A stretch of DNA of 64,000 bases from Macrostomum lignano (lineage: Eukaryota). Under the pieces are notes generated by a model. It was not told where the DNA came from, made no database searches, and saw only the letters and a list, made by a program, of their open reading frames with translations. The stretch is taken from NCBI GenBank assembly GCA_002269645.1, contig NIVC01001376.1, forward strand, positions 62,001 to 126,000. Direction: 5' to 3'. Positions 11,501 through 21,579 of this stretch are shown in pieces. A program made the position numbers and the translations under genes. Within the stretch, counting starts at the first letter, position 1; each line of letters opens with the position of its first letter.

Positions 11501-13188
11501 AGGGTCTATTGTACTTAGCCAAATCTTCCAAAGCCAAAACTGCCAACAGACGCCTGGTGGTACCTGAGACCGCAGACGTCAGTCATCTGGTCCTTCAGTA
11601 TCATGGCCAGTTGAACCATTGCGGTATCACCAAGACGACGGCCGCCCTGAAGGCGCGCTTCGTTATTTCCGACTTAGATGCTATAGTCAAAGGGGTCCTG
11701 GTCGAATGCACCGTTTGCGCTAAGACTAAGAAGTCAAAGCGTAAGCTCAAGGCCCCTATGCAACCAGAACTGTCCGGCTACCCGAACCAGGTTGTCCACG
11801 TGGACCACGCAGGCCCATTCGAAGAGTGGGAGGGGTACAAGTACCTGCTGGTTATGATTGACCGGTTCACCGGGTTTGTCGAAGTAGTTCCTGTTTCCGA
11901 CGTCAGCGCAGAGACCACTGCCACAACCATCCTGACCGAATGGGTTGTCAGGTATGGGGTGATGGAGCAGTTGGTGTCTGATAACGGAACTGCCTTCATC
12001 AATAGTACCATGATAGAATTAACTAGGCTCCTACAGATTGACATGGGTCGGATCACAGCCCGTCGCCCTCAGGCTAACGGTAAAGCTGAGAGGATGATCC
12101 AGACGGTGAAAACCCAGATTAGAGCCATCTGTCTTGAGAGACAATGCGACTGGCCCCTTGCCAGCCGCCTGGCCGCCATGTCAATCCGTGCCACAGTCGC
12201 CGAATCCACCGGATTTACTCCAGCCAAACTTTTCTTCGGGCGTGAGTTCGAACTGCCGCTCGACCTCTGTCACAATCCACCGCCAAATGAGCACTACCAG
12301 CCGGAAAAGTACGCCCACCAGTTGCACCGCACGCTGGTCGAAACCTCTGCCCTAGCCCGCCGCACTAGGGGTAAAGCCCAGGAAAGGCAGAAAAGGTATT
12401 ACGACCGCCGCGCCCTCCGCGCTGAGTTCCACGAGGGAGAATTAGTCTGGGTCTTGAACCCGAATCACAAGGGCATAGAACCCGCTGTGTGGTTGGGGCC
12501 ATACCGAGTAGTGCAGCGTTGCTCCGAGCGGACTTACCGTTTAGTCCCCGAGTATGGTCTCCTAAACCCAGCAGATCGGGTGCCAAATCCGCGCCATAAC
12601 ATTTACAACATTGACCGTCTCAAACCGTGTATCAGACAGCCCACTTACCAAGACGTAGTTGACCGGTATGGTGAGGCCGCCCATGCCAGGTCTCCAGCAC
12701 CTAGTGTGAACCCGCCCAGCGGACCCACGAGCGAGCTTAGCCTCGTCACCATTCCCCAGCCTCCCTCTGCCCGGCCAGAGAGCCCACGCAGAGCACCAGG
12801 GCCAAACCCACCACCGCCAGCTTCAGGCGCCTTTGAGGAGGAGGCGGGAGCTGCAGCTGGAGAAGGCCAACCATTCGCCGAAGCTGGCGATGCTGTAGCC
12901 ATTGAGGGACAGCCACAGCCAGACACTGACAATGACAGCACAGACACTGACACCAGCCATAGCCAAGACAGCTCAGAATCGCTGTACACGGCTTCCTTGG
13001 GGGACCCTTCCTCCGAGCAATTAGAACCACCTGAGATTGCTGCGAATCCAGTCGCTGCGCAAGCAGCTGAACCACCAGCCCCGGCTGAAGTACCCAGATC
13101 CAGGTACGGACGCCCCATCCGCCCGCCTGTCAGGTACCGGACCTGTCAAGTGTCCGACCTGCTCCAGCAGTGGGGAAGCAGACACTAA
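8546..13188 (+). CDS. pol: CSD-protease-dUTPase-like-RT-RNaseH-integrase polyprotein of Gypsy-1, with 1-nt frameshifts near 8548 and 9253
   Basis: Motifs seen: LDSGA (PR); SPIVLVKKKDG..RLCIDYR, LDLTSAYWQ, PFGIKTAP, YLDDII (RT); DCDSS..ELL..AALKWL..DALSR (RH); H..LNHCG..C..C, HVDHAGP, SDNG, GKAERM (IN). Collinear with Gypsy-2 once the two single-base shifts are corrected. Confidence 0.93.
8549..8746 (+). other. Cold-shock domain (OB-fold) inside the Gypsy-1 Gag-Pol
   Basis: Frame 2 reads TIATWSQNYGFIQSEHLPEKLFVHISQLSPSLRSLVEQHRLRGTRVKFQRQVDPGRQHDKACNVQP, with RNP1-like YGFI, RNP2-like LFVH and the terminal A-x-x-V strand. Confidence 0.8.
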
Positions 13189-13199
13189 CCGCCAGTTTT

Positions 13200-13345
13200 T
13201 CACGCCCCGGGCAAGGCGTAAAACTACCTCCTGTGGCACCTGCCGGCCACAGGTCACCGCGGCACCTGTAGACCGCAAGCTCACGCCCCGGGCAAGGCGT
13301 AAAACTACCTCCTGTGGCACCTGCCGGCCACAGGTCACTGCGGCA
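13200..13345. repeat. About 65-bp direct duplication (period 81) just downstream of the pol stop, containing hairpins
   Basis: tcacgccccgggcaaggcgtaaaactacctcctgtggcacctgccggccacaggtcac occurs at 13200 and 13281; stem CCTGTGGC/GCCACAGG. Confidence 0.9.
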
Positions 13346-14099
13346 TTTGCCAGCCACAGACCACAAAACACAAGCCACAAGCCAAACTAGTTAATTCAAA
13401 AGTAAACTAACTTAAAATTAATTCATAAAGCACTTTATGGTCAAAATAGAATTATGACATGAATATTATAAATATAATAGTTGTCAAAAATATATTGCAG
13501 TAGTTCTCCGCCTGCATCGTCATTGCCGTAGTCTATAAAATATACTAGGGCGCGCATGCCCCTGTAAGCCTAATATGACGACAATATGAATAATATATAA
13601 ATAGTAATAGCATGAATAGTATAAACATTATAGCAAGGACAAAAATAATTAAAATAATTGATAGCTTAGAATAATCCTATTGCATCCGTTCGGTGTTGCC
13701 GAAGTCGATGAAATGTATAAGAGCGTCACCTCTGACGTTAATACCCCAAAGCCACATAATGTGCAATATACGGTTGGTAATTAAAGCATAACTACTGGCG
13801 ACGAATGAAACTCATAAATAACTCAAAAAGAAAATAAAAACTGAAAAAACAACCATTGAAAACTCGGAAAAAATGTATATAGGAATATAGCTAGCTCAGT
13901 TCGCTACTCAGCCCATGGACGAGTGCAGCATCACTTTCGCTGTCATCGAAAATGAGCTGTAGCTCATCACCAAATTTCGCAAACTTCGTAAAACATCCGA
14001 ATAATCATAGGTATATATAGCTGGTGTGAAATAAAGTAAATAAAAATAATTTCAACATTCACACACGCCCATACACACACACACACCGCTCGCGCGCTC

Positions 14100-14430
14100 T
14101 CTCTGCCTCTGGCGCGGAGCGCCATCCTCTGCCTTTGGCGCGTTGCGCCTTCTTCTGCCTTGGCGCGTGGCGCCGTTTCTCTGCCTTGGCGCGTGGCGCC
14201 GTTTCCTGCCTTGGCGCGCTGCGCCGTTCTCCGCCTGGCGCTCCTGCGCCGTTCTCTGCCTGGCGCGCTGCGCCGTCTCCGCCTGGCGCGTGGCGCCGTT
14301 CTCTGCCGTGGCGCGTGGCGCCGTTTCCTGCCGTGGCGCGCTGCGCCGTTCTTTGCCTTGGCGCGCTGCGCTGCGTCTCCGTCTTGGGCGCTCCTGCGCC
14401 GGTCTCCTCCCGCCTTGGCGCGCCGCGCCG
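14100..14430. repeat. GC-rich degenerate tandem array in the Gypsy-1 3' non-coding region
   Basis: Recurrent gccttggcgcg(t/c)tgcgccgttc(t)ct-type units. Confidence 0.85.
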
Positions 14431-14899
14431 TGTCCCGCCGCCCTTGACGCTTGTCGTCGTTGCCCGCAGTTGTCCGGACTGTGTCTCTGTTTCGTGCCTC
14501 TGCTCTGCATCCTTTGCCTCATCCATCTGTCACCCTTGTTCTGCGTTTGCCTCACCCATCGTATCACTTCTGCGCGTCCTTTGTCGTTTTTGTGTTCGCG
14601 CGCGCCGCGCGCTCCGTCGTGCACTACTTTCCGTAACCACTGTCATATTTTTGTTCTGTTTTTGTAACACCACCATGTTGTATTGCTCGTGCTCACCGCG
14701 CTCTACTGCCCTGTAATATTCTGCTCCCGTAATATTCTGTAGCCTTTGGAACTTTGTAATTTTGTCCGGTAATCATATACTCCTACATACTACTCAAGCT
14801 CCCTGTAATTCGCTCTGCTTTAATTTCATACGCTGCGGTCACGTTGTGTTTTTCTTGCCGTCACCCCGCGTGTTGGTTTTCTTTTGCGCGACCCTATCC

Positions 14900-14919
14900 T
14901 TTTTCGGATGGGAGGCGGG
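14900..14919 (+). promoter_or_regulatory. Polypurine tract of Gypsy-1
   Basis: GGATGGGAGGCGGG immediately precedes the 3' LTR TG. Confidence 0.8.
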
Positions 14920-15710
14920 TGTGACGTTGTCAGTTTAAGGTGGTCCCGAAAAGGGCCGTTGGACTACTGTTTCCCCATAGTCATTCAACCCTTCAGTTTC
15001 ACCGTTTCAACTAAACTTTTCCATTTGTTTATTGCGACGTTTACTTGTAGTAGTGCCCAACGATTTTGTGGCAATTTCTAATTCACTGTATATTTTGCTA
15101 TCCTCTCTCGCGACCGTATAAAATTGGCACGATCGATAATTTTAAGTTTCTCGCCAGCCAATGAAGATCACTCGTGCTTCGCGCTACCCCCCCTCTGCGC
15201 TCCTTTATTAAACCCCCGCCTGGCGGCGGGCACTCCTCACTCCTGTCCTTATCTGTGCTTCTCTCTTCCTCCCGGCCTGTCCTTGGCCTTGTGTGTGTTT
15301 TCCTTCTCTCTGTCTGGCTGCCTCGAGCCTCCTTACCTCACGCCACGGCTGACGCCAACTTCGCCACTGCTCATCTGCCTACTACGTCTCACTGCCTTCA
15401 CCGTACTCATTGCCTTTGATCATCACGTTACGTCGCCATTACATCACTCGTCTGTCGCTTGAACTCACATCCAATTTATCTTAAAAGAAACCATTGTTGC
15501 AGCCGCCAGTGCCCAGAAAGCCATAGTTTGTTATTGCCAGTAACAACCAAACTTACTATTTATATTGATAATAAAAACGACTACGGCAGTTTCCTGCCCT
15601 TATTGCCAAGTGCTCCGCTACACCAACCACTTCGCCTAAGTTGACTTCAACTTATTTTGGGACTAAAACGGCCCTTTTAAGGGTCACGGCCAACATCAAA
15701 TAACGTGACA
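14920..15710 (+). repeat. 3' LTR of Gypsy-1 (791 bp)
   Basis: Matches the 5' LTR except for indels of 6, 14, 1 and 1 bp and roughly 15 substitutions (counted by eye). Confidence 0.97.
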
Positions 15711-16779
15711 ACTGTTTAAAAAACAATGAGGTAACTAGTGACTTGAATATTGAAAAATGTCATAAGTAGTGTTAGACTCTACAATAACCAAATATTAGCC
15801 TGTTCTAACAAGAACTATCTAACAAGGGCTACAAGCAAGCTCAAGAATTTTATCCATGCAAATTTTATCCATGTATTGTTTACATCTTTTAAGTTTTATA
15901 AACGATAAATTGTATTGAGCAATACACTTCTTCTAACATTAACAAAAGAAAATACTTATTAAGGCCTAAAAAACGACAAAAAAAATTTGTACTTAAATAT
16001 AAATTTTCTGTGCCCTGGCTACTTTCAAAGAAACAGCCTTTTACCAGCTAAATGGTTTTATTATTTTCTAATTTTTGAGCAAGGTCATGTGCCCTTATGT
16101 TCTACTATAAGCAGCCTCAATAGTAAAATACCACTACAAAATAAAATGTTGTCACGGCAACATTGTTACAATGTAGCTGAAACATAAAATGTCACGGCAA
16201 TATCTATGCAACACTGTCAATATTGGTACAACATAAACTGGCAGTAAGGGGGGTAGCGTCTATAAATCGGTATAAATGGCACGATAATAAAACTTATGAA
16301 GATTAAGAGCAACAAGGACATTATTTGTTAAGAGCCGTGCTAAACTACTTCCTATTAGTAATAATAAATTTCCCATAATTTTTATGGGTAATTAATTACT
16401 TCCCATAAAAATCTAGTTTCTCACCTATTACTAGGCCCTCTTAGAAAGCTGTTAATGCCAGCTTCTCGCCTCCGTCACCGCTTTTTGACCTGCCATTAGC
16501 GTATTCTGTACCTGTCCTGTTGAAGCGCACCTGCAAGTCGGGGTGAAGCAGGACTCGGACGCAGCCTCGGACGTTCTGCTGCCAGTTATTGCTGCGCTGC
16601 TTCTTGAGGTAGGCAACCTGTTTATGTATTATTGTGTCTTATTCAGGAACTATTAGACAAAAGGACGCTACACTACTAAATAGAATAGGGCCGATTAAAC
16701 ACATGTGAGATGGAAATTCCGCAGCTTCAGTTTAGTTAAAAAAATTCACGTCAACGTCTTAACGATGGCGAGTTTTTGT

Positions 16780-18190
16780 GGTTAGCTCGTATTGATCCTA
16801 GCAACAGTGATGAAAAATTTCTATATGAAATATTAGCTTTTCAATTTCAGTGGAAAGTAATTCGACAAAATATAACACATAGCACTCATATGCGAATTTT
16901 TTTAACATCAGCTTATTCATTGCATTGGATCCGACGAGCTGTATGGCCATGGGTGCGATGGAAAACAGAAAATACTCACAACAGCCTTCCGAAAAGCATC
17001 GTCTTTGATTTTTTGCTCGAAGTCTAGATAATCTTCTAAGCTTTCAATTGGAAGACAGCTGATGACACCAGAGTCCTGGCTACGGTCATCCGGCAAAGAG
17101 TTGAGCTTTTCTGATAGTTTGACCAGCTGGCGAAATGATTGCATTTTGAAATACAATACCTAAAATATAAGAATGTACATGCAACTAGAATTTACATATT
17201 ACAGTAAGAATTGCATTCCACATGACGTGCATTCAATTGATTTTCTATTAATAGTAGTCAGTCAACATACCCTGGACTGAAAATAGATCGACATTTTCCA
17301 ATGCAAAATTGGCCGCCATTTCAGACTCGATTGATTTGACGCTTGTTTGGTATTGACCTCGAACATTTCTTACTAAACTGCCGTTCGAAGATTGATACAC
17401 AGCAGAGCTTGTTAAAGTGCTGTCAGCACCATTCGCACTATTTGTGGCAGTTTCCGAATTACGACTTACAGGTGTTGTAGCCGTCGGATTCGCATCAAAA
17501 CGAGTGCCACTAGACCGTCTTCTGGGACCAGCACCGGAAGCAGATGAAAAAAGAGGCAGCGGGGGAGGTGCAGGCAGCTTTGGAGTCAAAGATAGCGAAG
17601 ATGCCGGTTGAGAAGATAAAGTATGATTCGGTCTCTCGGGTAAACGCACGCCTGGCAATCGTTGCTTGCGTTTACTTCAAAATCTGTCTCTTCAGCTTAT
17701 GTAGTAGTGTTGCCCGTCGGCATCCGCAGCAGTTACTGAGAAATATTATTAAAAAAAACTGTTTTACGGGAAAAGTCAGGGAGAAAGCTGTCATCGACAA
17801 CAATTAAAAATCGAGACAATTGTAAACTTACGTGCATACTCGGCAAAGTAATCCGTTTGTCATTAGAAGGTCGCCGCGAGAATTGTTTCAGAAGTTGCTC
17901 GATTGTATAGTTATAGGGCGGCAGTTTAGCGTTAACACAGTGGTTCATAATTGTTTTTACAAATCTAGGTCTTTAGAAACAGCAACGACAATAGCGGAAT
18001 ACATGTCGCCATCATAGGAGACTCTAGTTTGAAGATCTTGGGAAGTTGTGCTATTTTCCGAAATAGAGCGGACAAGCGCATCAGTCAGTAGAGATTTGTC
18101 TTCTTCAGTTATGTAGAATGTTTTGTCTTTTAAAAAATACAGCAGCCAAAATGTTTCATTACTACAGTTGGTGGGTTCCATCTGAAGCAA
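16780..18190 (-). pseudogene. Fragmented ORF2 (DUF4806-like) of EnSpm element A
   Basis: Segments FWLLYFLKDKTFYIT and LPIESLEDYLDFEQKIKDDAFRKAVV lie directly downstream of the transposase C-terminus, the same layout as element C. Confidence 0.5.
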
Positions 18191-18225
18191 AATAGATGAG
18201 CAGAAAGTCTCGCTAATAGCAAATT

Positions 18226-18928
18226 TTAGCAGAAAGGTATAATTATAAATTCTGATTCAGACACAGGAATTCCAACACATTTTGTCACAAAGCCAAAATC
18301 TTTAGCTCTAAAACTAGACTTCCTGTAGTAGCCAATTCCAAGCATTGCCGAAGGATATGTGTGGCCGTCATCTGTTTTGTAGGCATAAAGATCCTTGGTC
18401 ATGGACAAAAATACACCAGAGACAAACTTCTTACAGATGGAAACGTGTGACACAAAAATAACTCTATTATCACTGGTAAAAACTATGTTGTTAGGAAATT
18501 TGTCTGTCACATTAAAAGATGAAAGAGTAACATAAGAGTAAATGTCTCGAACTGCTATAAGCTGATTGAGTGATTGTTTAAATATTCCACTAGTGGCCCG
18601 AATTCTTTTTTAGCAATGATAGATAATTTTCAAAAGGAAAAGCAGAGATGTCCTCAGCTGTTACAGTATCTCCTAAATAACCGCATAGGTGCAGCAGACA
18701 ATGAAAGTTGAACGAATAAAAGCAGCGGTCAAATAGTTCCTCCACTTTGACAACAAATAGCTCAATCATTACACTGGCATATGACTTTAGATGAAGAAGT
18801 CGCGGCGAGGAGAGAATATACATGGCCATATGAAGGAGAAGAAAGTGCTGGTAATAATCATCTCTTAAGCTGTTGCGTAAAACAAATGGACCAAAGTATC
18901 GAAGCCAGCCTTGAAACTCGGAAGCCTT
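18226..18928 (-). pseudogene. C-terminal half of the EnSpm transposase of element A
   Basis: KASEFQGWLRYFGP..HFLLLH, FNFHCLLHL..SAFPFENYL, and terminal KCVGIP..FIIIP. Confidence 0.85.
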
Positions 18929-18944
18929 CCCGCTGGAAAACGGA

Positions 18945-19330
18945 GCGCGAAATACGCCTAAAATGCGCTTTAAAAACGCTCCGGGGGAGGGGTGGGTGGG
19001 GGTGCGCGGCTATGGGGAGGATGGGGGAGCTTCGCGTAAACTTGGCGTAAACATAGCAGGTTGTGCGTAAAGAAGCGTAAAACAGGCGTAAAACTGAGGC
19101 ACATTTTCAGAAACCGCCAAAAATACGCCTAGAAACCGCCCACGCACGCCTAACCAGCTGGGGTTTGGGGTGGGGTTAACGCTCGCGGTACGCTTGAAAT
19201 ACGCCTTGCCCGCTAAGCTTACGCCCGCGGTACGCTTGAGATACGCATGTTGCCAGCCTGGCATACGCCAGTGCTACGCTTGAAATACGCCTTGCCCGGT
19301 AATTGCTTACGCCGCGGTACTTCGGGAATA
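18945..19330. repeat. Left subterminal motif array of element B (TACGCC/GGCGTA cores)
   Basis: Recurrent aatacgcc, gcgtaaa and gcggtacgcttga(a/g)atacgc units. Confidence 0.75.
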
Positions 19331-19938
19331 CACTGTACTAGCTGCGTCCCGTACGTAGAAAATAATCAAAAGTGTAAGAGATAATGGCTGAAAATTTTTA
19401 GCTAGTTACCTTAATTGGTTTTTTAATTTATAACACAACTAGGAACGTATGTATTTAATTAAATAATATTTTTTAACATTAACATTAACATTAATTCGCT
19501 GGCAAATGACTGAGCAAAAAGACAAGCTGCATAAAAGTCGTAGCTGTAACAAGAAAGTAATACAAACAGCAAAGAAAGTTGTAAACGTAAATCTTGAACT
19601 GGAACATAATAAAATGCTGTGGAGCTGGAGCAGCAAAAACAGTGGAGCTGGAAATGTAATGAGAGCCACAATGTAATTTTTTTGTTTTTTTGTAATGCAA
19701 TGCAAAGTACTAAAGAACAATAAAAGCATGGCGCTGTTGAGTCAAACTCAACAGATATCCCGGTGCAGCAATAATGAACTTTTCGCCGGGACAAATTTTG
19801 TGGGGAATCACTAGTAACTTGCAACTGAAAAAACAGTGGATGAGTTGAAGCTAGCTTGCAAGAGCGCTTTTAAACCAGCATGAAGACGAAAACGTGTAAC
19901 CATTTTTGTGATGTTATTTTGACACAGATTATACGTTT

Positions 19939-21577
19939 TTAGGCAGACGCAGTCGCCGCCGGTTCAGAGCCATCATTAACCACTGGTGCAGATCCCCTAT
20001 TCGCCGCCGGTTCAGGATTAGACGCATTCGCCGCATTCGCCGGCCGTGATTGCAGTGTGATAGCAGACTCTGCATGGCGGGGGCGCTTTTCGGCTTGCGT
20101 ATCGCCACCTCCAGGGGCAGGACGAGCAGCCTTCGGGCGCGAGCCCCGCCGACTGTTGTCGGCCATGTTCTTAAACACGGCCCGGACCTCGTCGTTGCAG
20201 TCAGCAATGCCGGCCTCCGTCAACAGGAAAGACGCCAGGACGTCAAGCTTTGCAGCCGACGGAGCCTGCATCATTTTCTCGGGGCTGTTAGCAGCGCTGG
20301 GCCGGCGGGTCTTGCCGGACCAGCTGCTGATTTGCAGCTCCTCTTTGGTGAAGAGGGCCTGCAGCAGCTTCCGGATCAGGCGGCTCCGATTGTGAGCGTC
20401 CGGGTCCCGCTTGAAGTCACTTAGTGCCGACCGAACGACGACGGCGGTGAGGGCAGGAACCTGACAGTGTAATGAAATACACGGAATAACGGAAGTGATT
20501 GCAAGTAAAAATACTTGGTTTTGTAAAAAATCAGTGTGACGCCTTACCAAGATATTATAGCCGGCCAATAGTGGCGTCATCGTGCCGCTCGCCCCGCCTG
20601 CAGCCAGGTCCTGCTGATGCACAGCAGCAGCGGCGGCCATGGGCTGGGCGGACACGGTGGCGGCTGCAGTGGCAGCAGAGAACGACACCGCCTCCGTGGA
20701 GTAGAGCTGCGACAAAAACGTAGACTCGGTTGCCGCAGCCTCATCACGACGATTTTCCAGACAATGATGGCGTTGTAGCGCGCTTCGAGGTGCCAGGTCC
20801 CCCTGCAGGTGCTGCCGAGTGGACTGCACCCACTCAACGACGTTGCGCTGCAATGCCAGGAGGTCAGAATCCAGACGGTGTCGGTCGGCGTCTCGGTCCG
20901 CCAACACATTCCGCAGGTGGTCAATCTCCATCCGGAGAGATGCAACCTCCGCATGGTGTGCACTCGCGGCCTCGGCGACCTGTTCGCGCAGCTCGACGAT
21001 CGTCGCGTCAAGGCGGTTGGCGGTCGTCCGGGCCTCGCCGAGTTGCTCCTCCAGCAAGCTGCACTGGTGGCACGGACCTGTGGGAGCGTCGTCAGCTTCG
21101 CCGGCAGCTTCTTCGTTGACTGTCGCTAGCGCGGCAGGCTGACTGTTTTCCGCGCCTTCAGAGACAGACGGGGCAGCGGGCTCCGTATTGATTACTGGAG
21201 GGATTGTGTGGGCGTGGGAGAGGGGGACTTGTAGTGCATCCGAGACAGTGTGGACTTGGACTTCGCAAATGTTTAACCCGGTATCAATATCTTCTGAGCT
21301 TACCTTCGTGTAGACGCACAGGCTGATGACTGCGTCGGTCGGGGTGATTATGGAACTGTGTATTGCAGCCGTCGCACGTATGCTGACCTACAGGGGGGCA
21401 GCGGTCGCAATGGAACTCGGGGGGCCAGGACCCGCAGAATGTGCACAGAATGGGTTGCTGGCTAGGAGTGGGATTCTCCACGTGTACAGCGACTTTTGGC
21501 TGGGAGTTAACATTGCGGCCCTTCTTCGGCTTGGTGCTTGCTGCTACTGCTGCTGCAGAAGCCTGCGCTGTTGCGCG
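19939..21577 (-). CDS. ORF2 of element B: B-box-like zinc finger, coiled coil and BEN domain; start lost
   Basis: CTFC..CDRC..CDGC..HNHPDRRSH (21481-21304); heptad helix LEEQLGEAR..LRMEIDHLR; RLIRKLLQALFTKEELQISSWSGK..KLDVL..FKNMADNSRR (BEN-like). Frame-preserving GT-AG introns at 21303-21228 and 20547-20461. Confidence 0.75.
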
Positions 21578-21579
21578 CT

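Larger units (their letters stand above)
5883..15710 (+). mobile_element. Full-length Ty3/Gypsy LTR retrotransposon (Gypsy-1)
   Basis: TG...CA LTRs at 5883-6695 and 14920-15710; 4-bp TSD ACTG (5879-5882 and 15711-15714); PBS and PPT present; domain order gag-PR-RT-RH-IN. Confidence 0.97.

Noticed and set aside
13915-14004. Tiny ORF MDECSITF.. in the Gypsy-1 3' region resembling MDDLSAHF.. in Gypsy-2 (46988-46902, minus)
   Set aside because: It is under 30 codons, has an internal stop in Gypsy-1, and the similarity is too weak to separate from chance.
14052-14716. Six overlapping ORFs of 95-193 aa on both strands in the Gypsy-1 3' region (possible env or antisense gene)
   Set aside because: They are artefacts of the GC-rich tandem array. 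There is no signal/TM architecture and no counterpart in Gypsy-2.
16010-16300. Possible left terminus of EnSpm element A (repeated tgtcacggcaa)
   Set aside because: I found no matching inverted terminus or TSD on the right side, so the element A boundaries are left undefined.
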